Shown here: positions 62,978 to 64,000 of the stretch, piece by piece
Layout of the letters: each line of letters opens with the position of its first letter
How positions within the stretch are numbered: the first letter of the stretch is position 1
NCBI GenBank assembly: GCA_964016885.1
Contig: OZ024743.1
Coordinates: forward strand, 65,968,001-66,032,000
Reading direction: 5' to 3'
Source of the DNA: Eledone cirrhosa
Lineage: Eukaryota
Length of the DNA stretch: 64,000 nt
Made by a program: the position numbers and the translations under genes
The notes under the pieces: model-generated
The model's input: the letters and a program-made list of their open reading frames with translations, nothing else
Database searches by the model: none
Told to the model about the DNA's origin: nothing

Positions 62978-63099
62978 TACATACATACATACATACATAC
63001 ATACATGCATACATACATACATACATACATGCATAAATACATACATACATACATACATACATACATACATACATACATACATACATACATACATACATG

Positions 63100-63830
63100 C
63101 ATGAGACCTAAAACACAGACCATAGAGGGGATAAACCACTCTAAAAGCCTGGCATGGAGTTCCGACAAGTTTATAACATCACACCATGAGGGATACCTCT
63201 ATGCAATACAGGAACAAGAACTCCCTACCAAATATCTGCTGCACAAAAGGGGAGGGCCATCAGCTGACAATAAATGTAGGTCATGTAAAACAAAAATCGA
63301 GGATGTAAGCCACATTGTTGCCAGCTGCGAAAGAATGTCATCTCGCTACTACCTCCCCATGAGACACGATGGGATAGCTAGAACCATCTGGAATGCACTT
63401 CGGAAAACAAAATTAACATCAAACGAGGAAGAATATATTGAGACAGATGGCACTAAGGAATAATGGTGGAACCTGAAAATAAAAACTGCCACCAAATTAA
63501 AGCACAACCGGCCTGATATTGTTGTTTGGGACCACACATTGAAAACGTGTTCTGTTGTGGAGATCAGCTGCCCACTTTATGTAAACGTTGTCAGAAAATA
63601 CAGGAGAAGGAGGACATCTACGGACCATTGATGAGGAGTTTGCAAATCCAGTATCCAAGATACACCTTTAGCTTCATACCCATCATTATTGGAACTACGG
63701 GTTATATACCAACCCGTTTGAACGAAAGTATGACTGAACTTGGATTTGCGGATAACGAGCGCAGCACCCTAATTCATAGTCTACAAATGGCTGCGATAGC
63801 TGGCACCTTCAAAATTTGCGATTCAAGGGA
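63100..63830 (+). mobile_element. R4/Dong-like non-LTR retrotransposon 3' fragment (CCHC finger plus restriction-like endonuclease)
   Basis: EGYLYAIQEQELPTK..KCRSCKTKIEDVSHIVASC..MRHD; *WWNLKIKT..KHNRPDIVVWD..VVEISCP; EKEDIY..IPIIIGTTG. Confidence 0.9.
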
Positions 63831-64000
63831 TGACAATTTCTTTTCTTTTACAACCTTGCCACCAGGAAGGTGGCCGGTCAAAAAAATATACTCGAAACTA
63901 AGAGAAAGAGATAACATACATACGATCTGAAATCTGAAACTCTATGCCAAGAACATGGATGGGATGAAGAAAAATCTTGACCTGGTTACAACGTTCTCAA

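Overview
Eukaryotic, AT-rich, extremely microsatellite-rich DNA. The repeat complement (tRNA-derived SINEs, RTE-derived non-autonomous elements, TA/CA/ATGT tracts) suggests a coleoid cephalopod such as Octopus; this is an inference. I found no convincing host protein-coding gene, and almost all listed ORFs are translated microsatellite. The window is a transposon graveyard: an intact 3' end of a Tx1/L1-like ORF2, fragments of RTE, R4/Dong-like, RNase-H-bearing LINE, Helitron and Penelope-like (PLE, Neptune-type) elements, piggyBac and mariner MITEs, more than 20 SINE copies, two minisatellites and a ~14 kb (GGT)n-derived double array. The main signal is absent from the ORF track: about 13 type I hammerhead ribozyme (HHR) motifs with intact catalytic cores, plus several decayed ones. 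They belong to roughly ten unrelated sequence families and mostly sit in short fold-back or palindromic elements next to (TA)n tracts. One PLE with a GIY-YIG ORF (48396-51530) has the same HHR plus 5'-inversion architecture and is the best model for how they arose. All structures were folded by eye and need computational and biochemical confirmation.
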